Below are positions 60,377 to 64,000 of a DNA stretch of 64,000 bases, in pieces. Below the pieces are notes generated by a model. That model searched no databases, was not told where the DNA came from, and saw only the letters and a program-made list of their open reading frames with translations. Within the stretch, counting starts at the first letter, position 1, and each line of letters starts with the position of its first letter. The position numbers were made by a program, and so were the translations under genes. Origin of the DNA: an uncultured delta proteobacterium (GTDB taxonomy: Bacteria; Desulfobacterota; Binatia; UBA9968); assembly GCA_963727625.1 (NCBI GenBank), contig CAVSHR010000005.1, positions 480,001-544,000 on the forward strand. Reading direction: 5' to 3'.

Positions 60377-61439
60377 AACCCGCCACTGCCGGCTGCTGCT
60401 GCGTGACGCAGTGAATCGAGCCCAAACCGGCGACCACTTCGTTGCATCGGAGTCCTATGACTTTGCGCCGCGGAAACAAATCTTGTAGGATTCCCAGCGC
60501 GCGGCGATCGTTGGCGTCATCGAAGACGGGAACCAGAACAACTTGGTTGGCGATGTAGAAATTGGCGTAACTCGCCGGCAGGCGCACGTCTTCAAAATCC
60601 ACCGGCCCAGGGCAGGGCAAAGTGACGATCGAAAGTTTCTTGCCGTCTTGATCCCTGGCGCTTTGCAGCCGTTCGAAATTTTCTTGTAAGTATCTGTAAT
60701 TTTCATCTCGGGGATTCGACTCGACAATGCACACCGCGGTCGTCGGATCGACAAAGCGCGCGACGTCGTCGATATGGCCATCGGTATCGTCGCCGACGAT
60801 GCCTTCGCCTAGCCAGAGGAAGTGGCTCACGCCCAAGGAATCTTTTAAAAAATCCTCGATCTCCGTGCGGCTTAAGTGCGGGTTGCGGTTTTTATTGAGA
60901 AGGCACTGCTCTGTGGTCAGACAAGTGCCGGCGCCGTTGACCTCGATAGAGCCGCCTTCGAGGACGATCGGATAATCGAAGACCGGAACCTTGAGCAGGT
61001 CGGCGATTGCTCGCGCGACCCGTTCATCTTCCTCGTAGGTTTTATATTTCCCGCCCCAGCCGTTGAAAATCCAGTCGTTGAAAGCGAGCGGCTGATCGGC
61101 GGATTTTCGCGTCAAAAAGGTCGGTCCGTAATCGCGCATCCAGACGTCGATGGTGGAAATTTGCAGAAGCTTAACATTTCCCATCGCTGCGCGAGCCGAC
61201 TTCAATCGAACTTCGACTTCCATCTGCGCCGCTTGGTCATTGACAAGCAGGCAAACCTGTTCGTGCGGTGCCAAGGCGCAAACCATCTCAATCCAGATGT
61301 CACGCACGTTTTCCAAAAAGATCGGCCAAGTCTCCCGATTATGGGGCCAGGAAAGCCAGGTGGCGTGATGCGGCGCCCATTCGGCGGGCATCGAGTAGCC
61401 GAGCGACCGCGGCGTTTCCTTTTTATTGGCAACAGTCAT
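60366..61439 (-). CDS. aguA: Agmatine deiminase
   Basis: MPAEW, WMRDYGP, LEGGSI, DTDGHID and SIHCVTQQQP motifs. Confidence 0.93.
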   Translation of the reverse strand: MTVANKKETPRSLGYSMPAEWAPHHATWLSWPHNRETWPIFLENVRDIWIEMVCALAPHEQVCLLVNDQAAQMEVEVRLKSARAAMGNVKLLQISTIDVWMRDYGPTFLTRKSADQPLAFNDWIFNGWGGKYKTYEEDERVARAIADLLKVPVFDYPIVLEGGSIEVNGAGTCLTTEQCLLNKNRNPHLSRTEIEDFLKDSLGVSHFLWLGEGIVGDDTDGHIDDVARFVDPTTAVCIVESNPRDENYRYLQENFERLQSARDQDGKKLSIVTLPCPGPVDFEDVRLPASYANFYIANQVVLVPVFDDANDRRALGILQDLFPRRKVIGLRCNEVVAGLGSIHCVTQQQPAVAGFGP

Positions 61440-61464
61440 TGAAGAGTTGAGGCGAATCCCGCCA

Positions 61465-62364
61465 TCATCGTCCGGCTTTACGATCTTCCAACGAGCGCGT
61501 CAGGAGCGAACCGTAAGCGTCGATGCGCCGGTCGCGCAGGAACGGCCAGCTCTGCCGCGTCTCTTCGATTTTCCCGAGATCGCACCGGGCAAGCAGAATC
61601 TCTTCGCGCTCGCCGCCGGAACGGGCGACGATCTCACCGAAGGGGCCGGAAACGAAGGAATGGCCCCAGAATTTGATTTTGCCTTCCCGTCCCACGCGAT
61701 TCACCGAAGCGACGTAAACTCCGTTAGCCACTGCGTGGGAGCGCTGGATCAATTCCCAGGCGTTACGCTGATTTTGCGCCACCGCCCGGGGCTCCTTGGG
61801 AATCCAGCCGATTGCGGTGGGATAAAAGAGAATCTGCGCGCCTGATAGCGCCGCCAGGCGCGCGCTCTCGGGAAACCACTGATCCCAACAAATCAGCGCG
61901 CTAATTTTCGCGTAGCGCGTGGCAAAGCTCGGGAAGCCGAGATCGCCAGGAGTAAAATAAAATTTTTCGTAGTAAAGCGGATCGTCCGGAATATGCATCT
62001 TACGGTACTTGCCGGCGATCGAACCGTCGGCGTCGATGACCACGGCGGTGTTGTGATAGATGCCGGCGGAGCGGCGTTCAAACAGGGAGGCGACGATGAC
62101 GATTTTTTTCTGCCGCGCCGTCGCCGAAAGAGCCTCCGTGCTCGGCCCCGGGATCGGTTCGGCCAGTTTGAAATTTCTATGATTCTCGCTCTGGCAAAAA
62201 TAACGCGAGCGAAACAATTCTTGCAGGCAAACGATCTGCGCGCCCTTTTTGGCCGCTACTTCGCTGCGCTCGATCGCCTTGGCGAGGTTCTCGGCGGGAT
62301 TGGCGCCGGAGGTCATTTGAATCAGTCCCAGCGTCACGCTGTTTTTGGAGTTGCCGCGGGCCAC
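61465..62364 (-). CDS. aguB: N-carbamoylputrescine amidase (carbon-nitrogen hydrolase)
   Basis: LQELF, YRKMHIPDDP and ICWDQWFPE give the Glu-Lys-Cys triad; adjacent to aguA; GTG start with GAGG upstream. Confidence 0.88.
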   Translation of the reverse strand: MARGNSKNSVTLGLIQMTSGANPAENLAKAIERSEVAAKKGAQIVCLQELFRSRYFCQSENHRNFKLAEPIPGPSTEALSATARQKKIVIVASLFERRSAGIYHNTAVVIDADGSIAGKYRKMHIPDDPLYYEKFYFTPGDLGFPSFATRYAKISALICWDQWFPESARLAALSGAQILFYPTAIGWIPKEPRAVAQNQRNAWELIQRSHAVANGVYVASVNRVGREGKIKFWGHSFVSGPFGEIVARSGGEREEILLARCDLGKIEETRQSWPFLRDRRIDAYGSLLTRSLEDRKAGR

Positions 62365-62456
62365 TGTGTAAACCTCGTCTTGATCGCTTGGAAAACAAAA
62401 AAAGGGAGAGGAAAGTCGCATCTCTTCCTCTCCCCCCAAAATAGCGGCGCGAAAAA

Positions 62457-63176
62457 TTACTTCAAGTGCTGGGCGAAAAACGACTTGGTTTTCTCCCAGG
62501 CGTCCTTCGCCGAGGCTTCATGATAACTGCCCCGGTCGTCGCAATTAAAACCGTGGCCGGCTTCCGGATAAATTTTCATCTGGAAGCCGACTTTCTTCGA
62601 GGTCAACTCGGTGTTGATCTGGCCGACCTGATCCATCGGAATCAGCTGGTCCTTGGCGCCGAAGAAAAGGTACATCGGGCACTTGATCTCGCCCGTGCGC
62701 GAAAGCGGGCTCGGATTGCCCATGGTGATACCGCCGCCGTAATAAGGCACCGCGGCTTTGACGTCGTCGGCATGATGCGCCGCGGCCAAGTAAGTGAGCC
62801 GTCCGCCCATGCAAAAGCCGACCACGCCGATGGAGCCGGATTTGACGTTGCTCTGCGATTTCAAGTGGGCAATGGCCGCGCCCACATCTTCCATCGCCTT
62901 GCTGTCGACAACGCGCTGCAACGTCGCGATCGCCTTCGGCATCTCCGAATAGGGAATGATCCGCTCCGCTTCGCGGTGAAAAATATCCGGCGCGATCGCC
63001 ACGTAGCCTTCAGCGGCGATGCGGTCGGCGACCTTTTTGATATGGCCGTTGACTCCGAAGGCCTCTTGAATAACGACGATGCCCGGATAGTTCCCGCCGT
63101 CCTTGGGCTGCGCCACGTACGCATCCATCTTGCCGTCGGAAGTATTCAGTTGCACGGTTGCCCTGCTGGTGTCCAT
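62457..63176 (-). CDS. Dienelactone hydrolase family protein
   Basis: QEAFG, GFCMGG and HGF motifs. Confidence 0.93.
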   Translation of the reverse strand: MDTSRATVQLNTSDGKMDAYVAQPKDGGNYPGIVVIQEAFGVNGHIKKVADRIAAEGYVAIAPDIFHREAERIIPYSEMPKAIATLQRVVDSKAMEDVGAAIAHLKSQSNVKSGSIGVVGFCMGGRLTYLAAAHHADDVKAAVPYYGGGITMGNPSPLSRTGEIKCPMYLFFGAKDQLIPMDQVGQINTELTSKKVGFQMKIYPEAGHGFNCDDRGSYHEASAKDAWEKTKSFFAQHLK

Positions 63177-63272
63177 GAGTCGACCTCCTAAAGACCTGAT
63201 TGTCGTTTTTGAAGTGACTTTTCTCTATCAGATTTTAATTTGCCGGTCCACACCCAGCGCCGCGCATTTCAT

Positions 63273-64000
63273 CTAGAATTCATCGTGTTTTCGGCAAAAC
63301 TCCAGCACTCGATCACAAACCTTCCGGGTGATCTGTTCCGGCGGCATGACGTTCCAAAAATCCGCCTTCGGCAACAATTCTCTAAGGTAGTGCGCAGCAG
63401 AAGTCGCGTGCGATGGGTCGTCGCCGGGGATGATCAGCGACGGCGCCTTGATGCCCATCACCTCTTCCGGCTCGGCGCCCGGCGCAGTGTCGCGATCGAA
63501 TAAGCTGCGCCCGCTCGTGATAATCAATGCCAAATAATATTCGAGATCCTGGGCTGCAAAGCGCTCGGCAAAAGCGCTATCGCGGGCGATCATCGTGGCC
63601 CACGGCCCAGCTTCCGGATCCATCCAAAAGCTCTTGCCACCGCGGGCGCGCTCGATCACGCCGGTCAAACCATTCGTTTTGACGAAATTGTAGTGGCGCA
63701 GGAAACGTTCCTGGCCGTTTACTTTCCAGCGAAAGCCGCCCACCGGCCAGTGCAACAGTAGACCGCGCGTCGCCTCGGGGTAGTGCGCGCCGAACGCCAG
63801 CGCCACCGAGCAGCCCATGCAGCCGCCCATGATCCAGGCGGACGCCATGCTCAGGTGATCGAGCAACGCCTTGCCATGGCGGGTGAAACTCGCCCAGCTC
63901 AGCCGCTCGACGCGCCCGCCAGACCGGCCGCACTCGCGCCGATCGTAAAGTACAACCAAATGCTCCGCCGCGAGCGCGGCGATTGCGTCGATTCCGGTCC
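63273..64000 (-). CDS. Alpha/beta hydrolase, N-terminus outside the window
   Basis: YDRRECGRS, GGCMG nucleophile elbow and PGDDPSH; frame appears open to the window edge. Confidence 0.82.
   Translation of the reverse strand, partial: TGIDAIAALAAEHLVVLYDRRECGRSGGRVERLSWASFTRHGKALLDHLSMASAWIMGGCMGCSVALAFGAHYPEATRGLLLHWPVGGFRWKVNGQERFLRHYNFVKTNGLTGVIERARGGKSFWMDPEAGPWATMIARDSAFAERFAAQDLEYYLALIITSGRSLFDRDTAPGAEPEEVMGIKAPSLIIPGDDPSHATSAAHYLRELLPKADFWNVMPPEQITRKVCDRVLEFCRKHDEF

Overview
GC-rich bacterial chromosomal region with about 55 intact CDS and at least 6 gene remnants. I saw no rRNA, tRNA, CRISPR array, integrase or transposase. The many orphan solute-binding proteins, Bug/TctC, Rieske, ThDP, cupin and BNR beta-propeller genes resemble soil Candidatus Binatia-type deltaproteobacterial genomes (inference only). 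Main blocks: (1) a NERD-like/SF1 helicase running off the left edge; (2) a glutathione peroxidase broken by TAG at its conserved Trp, a chromate transporter pair, mlaC-like gene and a beta-propeller + ThiS/MoaD pair; (3) a Fe3+-type ABC operon with a candidate sigma54 promoter; (4) the best novel-system candidate at 20.5-27.3 kb, containing two paralogous ferritin-like proteins (one with a full diiron ligand set, one degenerate), each followed by a 4Fe-4S ferredoxin, plus DUF3500, a Cys-less isochorismatase and two flanking beta-propellers; (5) aromatic-catabolism genes (maiA, Rieske oxygenase, ThDP enzyme, cupin); (6) an envelope lipoprotein/signalling cluster with twin candidate sigma54 promoters sharing an enhancer-like motif; (7) a PaaK-like ligase, hcrCAB-like Mo enzyme, acyl-CoA ligase and UbiD cluster bounded by gene remnants; (8) glrK/qseG/glrR-like genes, rmuC, aguBA and hydrolases. 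All calls come from reading motifs by eye; no database searches were run.
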